A stretch of 60,788 bases of DNA from a virus (IMGVR_UViG_3300037070_008166:1-60788); one strand, 5' to 3'; counted from the stretch's first letter, positions 47,608-56,640 are shown. Made by a program: numbers and translations. The notes: generated from the letters alone by a model not told the origin.

Positions 47608-47739
47608 TCCACAGCCCCAATTCCCGACATCGTCGGACCAGACCGATCGTGAGCCGATAGGCTGCGTCGTCATTTCCAAGCTGGATTGCGTGCCAGATAC
47701 ACGCAGTCCACGAGTTAATGACCTGACTCTGTCCTCGTG

Positions 47740-48609
47740 TCATTCGTCCTCCCATCGGTCCCATCGCGGGTGGCGGTAGGATCCGTCCGGCGTGCGCTCC
47801 TGGAACTCGATGCGGAGTTTGCGCCCGATGTCAGGGTGGACACGACCCACCCGAGCTCGCTCTTCGAGGGCACGGCATTCTTTGTCGTTCCTCGTTTTGA
47901 CCGTCGTCTCATTACCATCCTCGTCACGAAGCTGAACCATCCCATAGTTCCCTCGATACTGAATCTCCCCCTTCGACGGGATGAACCCGACGACTTCGAG
48001 CACGGCGGTCCGGAGCGCCTTGATCTTGATCCAGGCATCCTTCGGTCGCTTCCCTGGGACGTAGGTCGACTTCCTCCGCTTGAGGATGACGCCCTCCCCG
48101 TCCTTGGCCCAGATCTTGCTGACCGCCTTGTCCACGTCATCATTGTTCTTGACGTGCCACATCGGCGACAGCATCACAGAATCACTCAGCAGTCCTTTCG
48201 TCTGGATCTCTTCCAGATACGCGCGACGCTCGTCGTAGTTCTGCTGGACGATGGACACGCCGAGCAGATCCACGATGTCGAAGACCACGTAGATCAGGTT
48301 CGGGCCGTTGGCGATTTCCTTCACGCCGAAGGAGCGGTCGCCTGGCACGAACAGTTCCCCGTCGTAGACCCCACGCGGCAATCGCACGAGGTCCAGGATG
48401 ATGTGCGGAGGCAGCGCACGGACGATCCCGTTCCGGCTCCACGCGATGGGTGCGCGGTTCGGTTCCACCCGAACCATGATGCGGTGTCCGTCGTATTTCT
48501 GCTCGAGCGCCCAGATGCCCGGTTCGATGTTCAGGAACTTGGGCATCGACGCGGCGAGCATCGGTGTGGTGAATGACACGGTCGTATCCTCCTCGAATAG
48601 TCTGGTCAT
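47740..48609 (-). CDS. ATP-dependent DNA ligase (minimal)
   Basis: 'PMLA', motif I 'EQKYDGHR', 'WSRNG', 'YDGEL', 'VFDI', 'EGVILK', 'WIKIK', OB domain ending 'SYRHPRW'. Confidence 0.92.
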   Translation of the reverse strand: MTRLFEEDTTVSFTTPMLAASMPKFLNIEPGIWALEQKYDGHRIMVRVEPNRAPIAWSRNGIVRALPPHIILDLVRLPRGVYDGELFVPGDRSFGVKEIANGPNLIYVVFDIVDLLGVSIVQQNYDERRAYLEEIQTKGLLSDSVMLSPMWHVKNNDDVDKAVSKIWAKDGEGVILKRRKSTYVPGKRPKDAWIKIKALRTAVLEVVGFIPSKGEIQYRGNYGMVQLRDEDGNETTVKTRNDKECRALEERARVGRVHPDIGRKLRIEFQERTPDGSYRHPRWDRWEDE

Positions 48610-48611
48610 GG

Positions 48612-49025
48612 TTACTCGGCCTCCCCCGGCAAGTTTTCCAACGCCTCGTTGGCCCATTCGTCGGGCCCGTCGAGCGTGAGATCCTCGAACTGAAGTGGCT
48701 GGATGGCTCCATCCTGACCGTCGACGGCCTCCCACGCTTCGACCATCTCACTGGCCACTTCCCCCTTCTCCCCTTCCTTCCACGTGTCGGTGTGGTCATC
48801 GAACTCGCTGCGGAGGCGTTCCGTGATTTCGGCGACGAAGGCCATCTCTGTTTCCAGCTTCTGGTTGTAGATTTCCACCACCGTGCCGTTGAACTGGTCG
48901 ATGAGCTCGCGGATCTGCGCGTTCAGGTCCTCCAGCCTCGCCTCCACCACGTCCTTCGCGTCGGACAGCACGTTCATGGACGCGTTCAGGTTCTTCTGCT
49001 CGGCCTTGCTCAAGCGAAACGCCAT
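48612..49025 (-). CDS. acidic coiled-coil hypothetical protein
   Basis: GGAGG RBS; E/D-rich. Confidence 0.7.
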   Translation of the reverse strand: MAFRLSKAEQKNLNASMNVLSDAKDVVEARLEDLNAQIRELIDQFNGTVVEIYNQKLETEMAFVAEITERLRSEFDDHTDTWKEGEKGEVASEMVEAWEAVDGQDGAIQPLQFEDLTLDGPDEWANEALENLPGEAE

Positions 49026-49252
49026 TAATCTACCCTCCTCACGTCGACCACTTTGACCACATCTTCGCTGTTCGGATTGAGGTCGTTCCAGAACGACTCG
49101 TAGACCGCTTCCACGTCCGCCGGTGTCTTACTTGTGCGGAACATGAGATTGTCCTTCGTGTCGATCACTTCCACGCGGGCCTTCCCCACCCGCCGTCGCG
49201 TTGCCCGGCTCATGGCGACGGCGGTCACTGCGAACTTCATGGTTGACTCCAT
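49025..49252 (-). CDS. hypothetical protein
   Basis: 75 aa, coupled to neighbours. Confidence 0.55.
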   Translation of the reverse strand: MESTMKFAVTAVAMSRATRRRVGKARVEVIDTKDNLMFRTSKTPADVEAVYESFWNDLNPNSEDVVKVVDVRRVD

Positions 49253-49473
49253 CCTAGCTGTTCTATCATCTGAGTGAGATTGACTTCACCCATCGAATTC
49301 CACACAACAAATATCTTCCCAGATGCTGTGTGAAATGCACGTGCGCCATACGGACCACACGACGGAAAGCCATCGTGGCCGTATTTCACACTGACGATTG
49401 TCTCGTTCAGCAACGCATCAAAGCTGACGTGACGACGGATCCATCGCTTTTCTTTCTTGGTGCCAGATTCCAT
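49237..49473 (-). CDS. hypothetical protein
   Basis: ATG just after the helicase stop (MESGTKKE...). Confidence 0.55.
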   Translation of the reverse strand: MESGTKKEKRWIRRHVSFDALLNETIVSVKYGHDGFPSCGPYGARAFHTASGKIFVVWNSMGEVNLTQMIEQLGWSQP

Positions 49474-49477
49474 CGTC

Positions 49478-50932
49478 CTACTCCGTGACCCAGACCAAGG
49501 ACTTCTTGGCCCGCGTGATAGCGACATACTGGATGTTCTTTTCTTCCTGGTTGTGGTTGCGCAGCGTCGACTGCAGCACGAACACCCGGTCGGCCTCCAG
49601 ACCCTTCGACTTGTGGACCGACGAGCACGTGATCATACCCGCCTTGCCCAAGCCGTCATCCACGAACAACGCTTCGATGCGATCGAGCACTTCAGCCACA
49701 TCCTCGGCTCCATCCGTGAGCTCGATGAGCATGTCCGCCTTGTCCCGGATTCCCTCGACCAGTTTCTCCCGCTTCGCTCGGATCATCCGGTCGATTTCCC
49801 GTTCCCGCCACGCGATGAGTCGGTCCGTGAACTCGGCGACCGTTCGCGCCTTCAGCTTGCGGCACAGTGCAATCAGACCCTGACCAATGTTCCGGCCTTC
49901 GATCTGGGTGCGTTTGCCATTCCGGAGCAGCCGCATCGCCACGTTGACGAGCGGGGCGTTCACCCGCGAGAGGATGAAGTCGCCGGGACCTGCTTCCAGG
50001 AAGAGCTCGTGATACTTGATCGTTCGCACCTCACCCTCGTGATTGTCCGGCCCTGCGCTGAAGTCTTCCACCAACCGCTGCGCTTCTGCCACGATGGCTT
50101 TTCCACACCGATACGTGGTGGTCAGTGGGAGTTCCTCGGCGTCCAGTTCCTGCTGAATTCGCGCCATGGACTCCGAGTCCGCACCACGAAAGGCGTAGAT
50201 CGCTTGCATGTCATCACCGACGCCGGCGATCCGGTTCCGGCACACGCCCATGGCCAGTTCCAGCTGCGCCTTGGTCATGTCCTGCATCTCGTCGATTACC
50301 ACGAGGTCATACGACTTGTGCATCCAGCCGTTGCGGACTGGCAGAAAGATCATGTCCGCGCCGTCGATCCCGGTCAATACCGGCTTCACCGACGCGGCCA
50401 GCTCCATCGCTTCGAGCGCCTTCGTCTCCACGAACTCCGCACCGAAGCCGAGCGGCTCGTAGGCTTCATCCGGAACCAGTTCGAACTGATACTGGATGTC
50501 GGTCAGATCGCCGACCTTGCGAGCGTGTGGTTCCATCTCGCGACCCTTCGAGTGCAGCTTGGAAATCAGCTTCTTGATCGCGTCTGGCACACGCACGCCG
50601 CACACTTGCTGCGTGAGGTTGTCCTGGCGATCATCCTCGAAGTTCACGATGACGTCGGGCCAGTAGATCTTGACACACGCGAGGCCGACGCCGTGCAGGG
50701 TCTTCACAGTCGCGCGGGAGTTGCGTTGCTTGAACTCCTTGGCGATGCGGTTGTTGTAGGCGCAGTAGAGAATGTCGCGTTCCGGCGCGGCATTGATCCC
50801 GTCCAGCGCCGTGGTCGACTTCCCGGTGCCGGCTCGAGCCTTGATGATGAGATAGGGGCGATGCACGAGCGGCAGTCCCAGGCCGAACTTGAACCACCGA
50901 ATGATCGCCTCTTGTTGCAGTGAGTGTTTCAT
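49478..50932 (-). CDS. UvrD/Rep-like superfamily 1 helicase
   Basis: 'ARAGTGKS', 'TLHG', 'VIDEMQD', 'VGDDMQAIYAFRGA', 'TYRC', 'SVHKSKGLE', 'YVAITRAK'. Confidence 0.93.
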   Translation of the reverse strand: MKHSLQQEAIIRWFKFGLGLPLVHRPYLIIKARAGTGKSTTALDGINAAPERDILYCAYNNRIAKEFKQRNSRATVKTLHGVGLACVKIYWPDVIVNFEDDRQDNLTQQVCGVRVPDAIKKLISKLHSKGREMEPHARKVGDLTDIQYQFELVPDEAYEPLGFGAEFVETKALEAMELAASVKPVLTGIDGADMIFLPVRNGWMHKSYDLVVIDEMQDMTKAQLELAMGVCRNRIAGVGDDMQAIYAFRGADSESMARIQQELDAEELPLTTTYRCGKAIVAEAQRLVEDFSAGPDNHEGEVRTIKYHELFLEAGPGDFILSRVNAPLVNVAMRLLRNGKRTQIEGRNIGQGLIALCRKLKARTVAEFTDRLIAWREREIDRMIRAKREKLVEGIRDKADMLIELTDGAEDVAEVLDRIEALFVDDGLGKAGMITCSSVHKSKGLEADRVFVLQSTLRNHNQEEKNIQYVAITRAKKSLVWVTE

Positions 50933-51019
50933 GGAGCCTCCTCAGGCCGGTTAATTCCGGCGACGCGGACGGATCTGGATGGTGCCAGATCCGTCGCGAA
51001 TTGATGCGTTTCTAGCTCC
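50933..51019 (-). ncRNA. type II hammerhead ribozyme F (upstream of helicase)
   Basis: Minus strand: GGAGC-UA-GAAAC-GC..(UGGCACCA hairpin)..GC-GUC^-GCCGG-AAUUAA-CCGGC-CUGAGGA-G-GCUCC-AUG; predicted cut 50962/50961. Confidence 0.85.
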
Positions 51020-51179
51020 GGCTCGCTTCCGCGACGACTGGCGGCCACACGATTCCTGCACACGCGGTGCAGATCGCAATCTCACGCTTGATGTTGCCGT
51101 CCTCGTAGCGTTCGACGACTTCCTTCGTCATGGGTTCGTGCAGCTTCGTGATCTTCTGGCAGAGCTGACATCTAAACAT
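51012..51179 (-). CDS. small zinc-finger protein
   Basis: Not in track: MFRCQLCQK...ICTACAG...SRS*, GGAG RBS; its TAG lies in ribozyme F. Confidence 0.6.
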   Translation of the reverse strand: MFRCQLCQKITKLHEPMTKEVVERYEDGNIKREIAICTACAGIVWPPVVAEASRS

Positions 51180-51375
51180 GTTTCTCTCCTTCCGTCACAG
51201 GCAGCATGTCGATGTGCACGCGGCACCCGGTCAGCTTCTCGAGGAACTGCTCGGTCTCGAGAATCTTCTGGGTGATTTCCACGGCGTTGAGCGTCTCCGC
51301 ATCCACCGGATACCCTGGCACGATGGCCAGGGTTTCCGTGGAACGCTTCACGGTGAGATGGAACTTGACCTTCAC
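51172..51375 (-). CDS. hypothetical protein
   Basis: GTG start with AGGAGG RBS, coupled to upstream stop. Confidence 0.6.
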   Translation of the reverse strand: MKVKFHLTVKRSTETLAIVPGYPVDAETLNAVEITQKILETEQFLEKLTGCRVHIDMLPVTEGEKHV

Positions 51376-51944
51376 TTCGCCTCCTTGGTGAACGCGCCGG
51401 TGAACAACCAGCGCAGCCGGTGCTTCAGCGGGACGGTGTTGAACAACGTCGTGGTCTCCAGGACCTGGAGGCGGAGCTCGTCGACCTGCGATTCGAGCGA
51501 CTTGCACCGGGCCTCGTATTCCCGACGGTCGAGCCGCATCTGCGACATCGCGGATTCGGTGACCGACGTCACGGTTTCCTTCAGGATGTCCTGTCCCTCG
51601 AGCTGCTCGGTGATCTTTTCGACGATCACTTCGTCCAGGTCCTTCTCCTTCACAAACTCGTCGAAGTCCAAGTCGTCGACGGCCTTTTCCACCATCGAAT
51701 CCAGGTTGTTGACGACCAGATCCTCGAGCCGACGGTCGAACTCCCGGCTCTCGAGCACTGACTCCCGGACTGCGTCTTCATCCAGGATCTCGGGCAGGTC
51801 TTCGATGCGCTTCTCGAGCAACGAGAGGAACGCTTCGGTGTGTTCACCGAGTCGACGGTCGAACTCGGTGGTAAACAACGGGTCCGTGCAGAACTGACAG
51901 GTGCCATTGATGCAGGTGCAGATACGAACAGGTGTGGTGCTCAC
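51372..51944 (-). CDS. acidic helical/coiled-coil hypothetical protein
   Basis: 190 aa, D/E-rich, internal EFDRRL repeat. Confidence 0.7.
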   Translation of the reverse strand: MSTTPVRICTCINGTCQFCTDPLFTTEFDRRLGEHTEAFLSLLEKRIEDLPEILDEDAVRESVLESREFDRRLEDLVVNNLDSMVEKAVDDLDFDEFVKEKDLDEVIVEKITEQLEGQDILKETVTSVTESAMSQMRLDRREYEARCKSLESQVDELRLQVLETTTLFNTVPLKHRLRWLFTGAFTKEAK

Positions 51945-52141
51945 AGGGCCTCCTTCTTTTCGGTGATGTCATCGGTGGATGGAACGACGCGCCACTCGCG
52001 GACCAGGAGCCAGCGGCCCATCAGGTCCACGGCGTAGCGTTCGGCTTCCAGTTCGGTGCGGAACCGCAGCGCGTTGCCGGCCCAGACGCCGGAACTGTCA
52101 GCGATCACTTCGACTTTGAACGACTTCATCACGTCACTCAT
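51941..52141 (-). CDS. hypothetical phage protein
   Basis: 'WAGNALRF.TELEAERY..DL..RW' pattern. Confidence 0.65.
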   Translation of the reverse strand: MSDVMKSFKVEVIADSSGVWAGNALRFRTELEAERYAVDLMGRWLLVREWRVVPSTDDITEKKEAL

Positions 52142-52331
52142 CGTAGAGCTCCTGTTCCACGCCAGCCCACTTGGCCAGAACTGAACTAATCACGAAGGAC
52201 TTCGAGCAGTTGAATCGCGCCGCGTCCCGTTCCACCCGACGGCGAATCGCCGGGTGGAGGGAGGACGGGGACGGGATGCGGATGACGTCGCGAATGCGCG
52301 GCTGGTTGCGAAGCGTCTTGTGCTTAGGCAT
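52134..52331 (-). CDS. putative ribbon-helix-helix DNA-binding protein
   Basis: 'SSLHPAIRRRVERDAARFNCSKSFVISSVL' Arc/CopG-like. Confidence 0.55.
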   Translation of the reverse strand: MPKHKTLRNQPRIRDVIRIPSPSSLHPAIRRRVERDAARFNCSKSFVISSVLAKWAGVEQELYDE

Positions 52332-52554
52332 TGGCCCTCTTTTCCATACGGCGCTTGGCCCAGGATGCCTTCATTGCCAGCGAGCGGCGACGAGAGACAC
52401 TGAAGCTGGTGCGCTTCTTCACCACTTTCCTTCGCTTCCAGGTCGTCTTGCCAACGATCTTCGCCGCCATTGCCGGCGTGCCTGGTATCTCGAACAACGC
52501 ATCGAGCGCATCCGCTGCAAACCGCAACTTCTGTGAGAGTGTCTTGATCGTCAT
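52324..52554 (-). CDS. small basic protein
   Basis: Lys/Arg-rich 'RRRSLAMKASWAKRR' C-terminus. Confidence 0.6.
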   Translation of the reverse strand: MTIKTLSQKLRFAADALDALFEIPGTPAMAAKIVGKTTWKRRKVVKKRTSFSVSRRRSLAMKASWAKRRMEKRANA

Positions 52555-52557
52555 GGG

Positions 52558-52941
52558 TCACATCCCGTAGGTGGCGTAAGTGAAGACTTCCTTCTTCAGA
52601 TACGACTCGAGGAAGTCGTAGACCTCGGCGTCATACGACTTCTTGAACATGGCCTGCAGCTTCGGCGACTCCTTGAATTCCTTCATCCGCTTCAAGGACT
52701 CCTCGAACCGATTCGCGTCGAGCACGATCTCGATCACGTGTGACTTGGGCAAGCTGACGTTCTCCGCGGTGTGCTTGCCCCGGCGACCGTAGCCATTCTT
52801 TTCCATCGCGATGGCTTCCAGCACATCCCCAGCGCAGTCGTTCCACACCCCATCCGCGGCCCAGCGGATGGCACGGAGTTCGGTCTCGGACAGGTCGAAC
52901 TGCTTCTTCAATTGCGTCAGCGTCTTCGTTGAGCGTTTCAT
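52558..52941 (-). CDS. hypothetical protein
   Basis: GAGGAGG RBS supplied by ribozyme E. Confidence 0.75.
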   Translation of the reverse strand: MKRSTKTLTQLKKQFDLSETELRAIRWAADGVWNDCAGDVLEAIAMEKNGYGRRGKHTAENVSLPKSHVIEIVLDANRFEESLKRMKEFKESPKLQAMFKKSYDAEVYDFLESYLKKEVFTYATYGM

Positions 52942-53016
52942 GGAACCTCCTCAGGCCCGTCTATTCGGGCGAGTCGCGACCTTGGTGCCAGATTTCGCGA
53001 ACTTTCTAACTCCATG
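52939..53016 (-). ncRNA. type II hammerhead ribozyme E
   Basis: CAUGGAGU-UA-GAAAG-UUCGCGA..UGGCACCA..UCGCGA-CUC^-GCCCG-AAUAGA-CGGGC-CUGAGGA-G-GUUCCAUG; predicted cut 52971/52970; stem II covers the AUG. Confidence 0.85.
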
Positions 53017-53024
53017 CAGTAATT

Positions 53025-53152
53025 TGGGCGACTGGGACGACTTTGAGCCAGCCCAGGCGACCGCCCAGGACGCGTCCGGAACGGCGGTAAGGGTAGCGTC
53101 CCCTCCGTCCGTTCCGGCCGTCCTGTGTCGGGTATCTAACCTGAACGCGCCC
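53025..53152 (-). ncRNA. candidate structured RNA of unknown class
   Basis: Long hairpin CAGGACG/CGUCCUG + CCGGAACGG/CCGUUCCGG + AGGG/CCCU and a second hairpin CUGGG/CCCAG in a gap without a credible ORF. Confidence 0.45.
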
Positions 53153-53490
53153 TATCCCGCGACTTTCTCGAGCGTGTCCAGTCGGTAGCGCTGGCCGAGG
53201 CCAGTTCCGTGACCCATGCCGTGTTTCCGTTCGCACGAATCACACATGAGAGCCCACGGCCCCATCAGTGTCTTGCCATCCGTGAAGAAATCCTTCAACG
53301 GCTGGTGGCACATCTCGCACTTCACGGGCGTGACCCCCATCCACTTGCGCTTTTCCACCGTCTTCCTCCCTTCTTTGTGGGCGAGCACCGCGCCCACGGT
53401 CAGGTCCACGAATCGCGGGCCACCCACGCGGGCGATCCGTTCTTCCTGGACTTGCTCGAACGTGACCGGACGTCGTCTATTTGGTGACAT
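53152..53490 (-). CDS. Zn-binding hypothetical protein
   Basis: CxxC...'DGKT..GPWALMCDSC....G.G.GTGLGQRY' pattern. Confidence 0.7.
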   Translation of the reverse strand: MSPNRRRPVTFEQVQEERIARVGGPRFVDLTVGAVLAHKEGRKTVEKRKWMGVTPVKCEMCHQPLKDFFTDGKTLMGPWALMCDSCERKHGMGHGTGLGQRYRLDTLEKVAG

Positions 53491-53779
53491 CGGTGTAGAC
53501 CTCCAGTTCGAAATCGAGGAACTCGCGAATCGTCATGTCCGGCATCGCGCACGTCCAGATGCCAAGGCACGTGTCGGCGGCGACGTCGAACAGCGTCGCC
53601 TTCGCCGCCTCGAGCACCTGCTCACCCTGTTCCAGCGCTGTGTCCTCCTGTCCCTTCTCGGAGATGAAGAGCAACTCCATCTTCAACGCCCGCACCAGCT
53701 TGCCCTCGTCTTCCTTGTCCGGGTGATGATCCCGACCCAGGAAGCCGTCCATATCCACTTTCGTCACGCGGAACAACAT
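53477..53779 (-). CDS. hypothetical protein
   Basis: AGGAGG RBS; coupled start/stop. Confidence 0.65.
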   Translation of the reverse strand: MLFRVTKVDMDGFLGRDHHPDKEDEGKLVRALKMELLFISEKGQEDTALEQGEQVLEAAKATLFDVAADTCLGIWTCAMPDMTIREFLDFELEVYTDVTK

Positions 53780-54009
53780 CAGAACTCCTCCTTGTAGCCG
53801 AGCAATTCGAACCACGTGGTGCCGCCAACGATTGACAGCTTCCCGGTGCCATACATGTCCACGGCATAATTGTATGCCGTGGACACGTCGTAGGCTTTTC
53901 CAAGTCGACGCTCCGCGTAGATCTTCGCGGCGGCGAGTGTGTAGAACACCTTCGACTCCTTCAGTCCGTCGATGGTGGTGTAGCGCAGCCGGATGAGATT
54001 ACCGGACAT
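53779..54009 (-). CDS. hypothetical protein
   Basis: 76 aa, coupled to neighbours. Confidence 0.6.
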   Translation of the reverse strand: MSGNLIRLRYTTIDGLKESKVFYTLAAAKIYAERRLGKAYDVSTAYNYAVDMYGTGKLSIVGGTTWFELLGYKEEF

Positions 54010-54199
54010 CGAAGTGATCCATGGCGGTGGCGAGCAGATGATTGTAGTCCCCGCTTCTCATCTCCTTCATCACCTCGTCGATCTGCTCCTTGGTCCAGCC
54101 CGCCTTGCGAGCCGCTTCCTTGCACCGACCGAGAATGGCGAAGGCGTTTCCATCCTCACCAACCAGCTTCACCTTGGGACGCTTGCGCGTATCAGACAT
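53999..54199 (-). CDS. conserved small phage protein
   Basis: 'VKLVGEDGNAFAILG....A.RKAG....I.....E..SGDY.HLL' pattern; GGAGG RBS. Confidence 0.75.
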   Translation of the reverse strand: MSDTRKRPKVKLVGEDGNAFAILGRCKEAARKAGWTKEQIDEVMKEMRSGDYNHLLATAMDHFDVR

Positions 54200-54482
54200 C
54201 TCGCACCTCCACCAACTTGCAGACACGCATGAGATCTGCACGAATCTCTGGATACTCCTCTGAACCGTCAGCCGACACCGCGATCCTGAACGCCAGATCC
54301 TGGTCTAGACCCAATCTGTCCAAACATTCGGCGTAGTCGACGTCATGTCGATCAGCGACGGCAGTGATTGGACACACGTTCAAGCCGTTGGTTTCGTCTT
54401 TGGAACGAACTCGTTCGCCCCAATACAGATACCACGTGCGGTTCAACGCGGCCAGCTTCTCGAGGAACTCTTCATAGCTCAC
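54192..54482 (-). CDS. hypothetical protein
   Basis: GTG start, GGAGG RBS. Confidence 0.55.
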   Translation of the reverse strand: MSYEEFLEKLAALNRTWYLYWGERVRSKDETNGLNVCPITAVADRHDVDYAECLDRLGLDQDLAFRIAVSADGSEEYPEIRADLMRVCKLVEVRDV

Positions 54483-54649
54483 AGCACCACCTCCTCGACC
54501 AACGGCGTGCCGGGTGGCGGCGGATGGAAGCCACCCTGAATCACGAACTCGGCACCTCGCCAACGTGAGAACAGCTGCGCGTTCGCCGGGTCCAGGTCCC
54601 ATCCTGACCCGGTCCAGTAATACGTGAACGCCTTGATGCGATACTTCAT
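54479..54649 (-). CDS. small hypothetical protein
   Basis: Not in track: MKYRIKAFTYYWTGSGW...; coupled at both ends, AGGAGG RBS. Confidence 0.55.
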   Translation of the reverse strand: MKYRIKAFTYYWTGSGWDLDPANAQLFSRWRGAEFVIQGGFHPPPPGTPLVEEVVL

Positions 54650-54939
54650 CACTGGACCTCCTGTCCGCCGACCTGACGGACCGTTCGACCACCCTCTTCG
54701 ACGATGTGTTCCTGCTGCGCCCGGAGCTCCTCGACCTTCGCGACGAGGAACTCGTAGACCTTCTGCTTGTTCCCTTTCAGGCCGAACTCCTGCTTGGCGA
54801 CCGCGTAGCAGGAGCGGCCCCGCGTCAGCTTCATCCCGCGCAGTTCCGCCCGCACACCCGTCATCAGGGTGGCGAGACGGAAGTAGGCGATGCTGTCCCC
54901 GGTCACGGTCGTTCCGCCTTTGTGGTGGCTGATAGGCAT
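54649..54939 (-). CDS. hypothetical phage protein
   Basis: 'E..GMKLTRGRSCYAVAKQEFGLKGNKQKV' pattern. Confidence 0.65.
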   Translation of the reverse strand: MPISHHKGGTTVTGDSIAYFRLATLMTGVRAELRGMKLTRGRSCYAVAKQEFGLKGNKQKVYEFLVAKVEELRAQQEHIVEEGGRTVRQVGGQEVQ

Positions 54940-54940
54940 G

Positions 54941-55144
54941 TTAGTGTCCCTCGTTCCAGGTGGAAATGTCCTCGACCGCTTCGTCGAAGGACCAGACGGG
55001 AACCGCCGTCACGGTGTATTCGTCATCTTGCTCGTCGAGTGCTTCTTCGAGCTCCACTCGCCTCAGCTCCGCCACGTCGTCGTTGGTGACGCAGATGAAG
55101 TCGAGTTGCGGGTTACCACGCCATCGAATGACGAGGGCCTTCAC
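54941..55144 (-). CDS. acidic small protein
   Basis: GTG start coupled to upstream stop. Confidence 0.55.
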   Translation of the reverse strand: MKALVIRWRGNPQLDFICVTNDDVAELRRVELEEALDEQDDEYTVTAVPVWSFDEAVEDISTWNEGH

Positions 55145-55398
55145 TTGACACCCGACTGATGCTGAAGCGGAACGTCGAGCCACTCGAGCGCGCCCGCCAC
55201 CCAGCATCCCGGCTTGTGGCTGTCGACGTCACCGCAGATGAGGCACTCGACGAACGTCTCCTCGCTGGTCGAGATGTTACGAACCACGACTTCCTGCAAC
55301 TGCTCGACGGCGTGAGCGATTTCCACTTCCTGTTGCATGCTCAGTGTCGGAGCCTGACTGGGGTGGGTGGGTTGATGATGGAACCAGAGTTTGGCCAT
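55141..55398 (-). CDS. Zn-binding hypothetical protein
   Basis: CLIC....H..GC motif; GGAGG RBS. Confidence 0.6.
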   Translation of the reverse strand: MAKLWFHHQPTHPSQAPTLSMQQEVEIAHAVEQLQEVVVRNISTSEETFVECLICGDVDSHKPGCWVAGALEWLDVPLQHQSGVK

Positions 55399-55400
55399 GA

Positions 55401-55925
55401 CTACCTCCAAGAGAAGTGACGCTGGTCGAGGATGATCGACGTGACATCCCCGCCCGCCGGATTGGCGAACGTGAACTCTTCAAGACGCCGGTAGACCCGT
55501 TCCGCGTCTTCACGCACTTCCTCGATAACGGCTCCACGCTTCCAGTTCGTATCCACGATGAACACCGAACCGCCACCGTTCGAGCAGATGATGCGTGGTC
55601 CGATGGTGTCGGGAAGACCCATGTTCACGTAGTAACGCATCGCCCCACCCTTCTCACTGCTTTCCGTGTGACCCGCATCTTTCAACTCCTCGATGTTCGT
55701 GACGGTGCCTTCCAGCCGATACGACTGGACGAACGAATTGGCGCGGGGCCGTTCCCAGGTGTCGTTCCCGTCCACCGGCGTCCAGGTGAACTTCCACTGA
55801 CGTGTAACCATGGCGGCTCGCGCCTTCTTCACCTCCGCTTCACGCTTCGTCAGCACTTCGAGTTCGGCGTTGAGTTCCTTGCGACGTTCTTCGATGACGT
55901 GGAGTTCGTGAGTGAGTGTTGGCAT
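55401..55925 (-). CDS. hypothetical protein
   Basis: 174 aa with N-terminal coiled coil. Confidence 0.7.
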   Translation of the reverse strand: MPTLTHELHVIEERRKELNAELEVLTKREAEVKKARAAMVTRQWKFTWTPVDGNDTWERPRANSFVQSYRLEGTVTNIEELKDAGHTESSEKGGAMRYYVNMGLPDTIGPRIICSNGGGSVFIVDTNWKRGAVIEEVREDAERVYRRLEEFTFANPAGGDVTSIILDQRHFSWR

Positions 55926-56575
55926 TAGCGTCCATCCCAGTCTGAGAACGGTGTGGTGTAGCTGCGGTTGCCGCTGAGGTAGTTCACGGTCACGACGGAT
56001 TCACCGCCGTCGCCGTCGGGTTCGTAGATGCGGGCCACGAACTCCTTGGTCACGATGATCGTTTCGAAGTCGTCTTGGCGAATCATCGCGAACGTGGCCG
56101 TCACCGGGTAGTAGGCCCGGTCGGTATCGAGGAACGGACGGAACGCGCCGAACGGTTCCTCCCGCTGTCGTCGTGCGAGTTTGTCGGTCGTCATGGCATC
56201 TCCTTCAGGCCGGTCAATTCCGGCGACCCGCCGAAATCTTTGGTGCCAGATTTCGATCTGACTCACCTGAGCTCCGCCGTTCGCCTTCTTGTCCGCCGGC
56301 TCGGGAGCCATCGGGATGGCCGTGAGCGCGACTCCACGCTCACCGCGCTCCTTCAGGGTCCACTTCGCCGCGATGGCGTCCTTCACGAACTGGTCGAACT
56401 TCGCCTGTGCCTTGTCCTCTTCCTTCAGGTCGAAGTAGTCGCGCCCCGTCTTCACCTTCTGACCGGGAGCGCGGTGACGGAACGACACCTTGAAGTCCTT
56501 CTTCCCCCTGTGCAGGGAGACCGTGAGGGTGTCGTCCATCGCGCAGGTGAACTTCGCCGTCTGATTCTTTACCAT
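55925..56575 (-). CDS. hypothetical protein; two modules joined in-frame through decayed ribozyme D (internal start at 56194)
   Basis: MVKNQTAK... reads without a stop through the ribozyme-like element into AAGGAG-RBS-preceded MTTDKLAR... Confidence 0.6.
   Translation of the reverse strand: MVKNQTAKFTCAMDDTLTVSLHRGKKDFKVSFRHRAPGQKVKTGRDYFDLKEEDKAQAKFDQFVKDAIAAKWTLKERGERGVALTAIPMAPEPADKKANGGAQVSQIEIWHQRFRRVAGIDRPEGDAMTTDKLARRQREEPFGAFRPFLDTDRAYYPVTATFAMIRQDDFETIIVTKEFVARIYEPDGDGGESVVTVNYLSGNRSYTTPFSDWDGR
56195..56256 (-). pseudogene. degenerate hammerhead ribozyme D
   Basis: Keeps UGGCACCA hairpin, GUC and stem I GCCGG-AAUUGA-CCGGC, but core is CUGAAGGA and the UA-GAAA/stem II 5' strand is missing. 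Confidence 0.7.
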
Positions 56576-56640
56576 GCTCGCACCTTCTGACCGATGACCA
56601 CCAGCGGAATTGCCGGTGGGTCTTGCTACGGAGCGGGCCA

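Noticed and set aside
53025-53152. Canonical tRNA gene
   Set aside because: No GTTCRA T-loop, no 7-nt anticodon loop and no 7-bp acceptor stem; kept only as an unknown structured RNA
53006-53236. 76-aa ORF ending at the UAG of ribozyme E
   Set aside because: Overlaps the 53152-53490 gene, has no RBS and runs through strong hairpins; probably spurious
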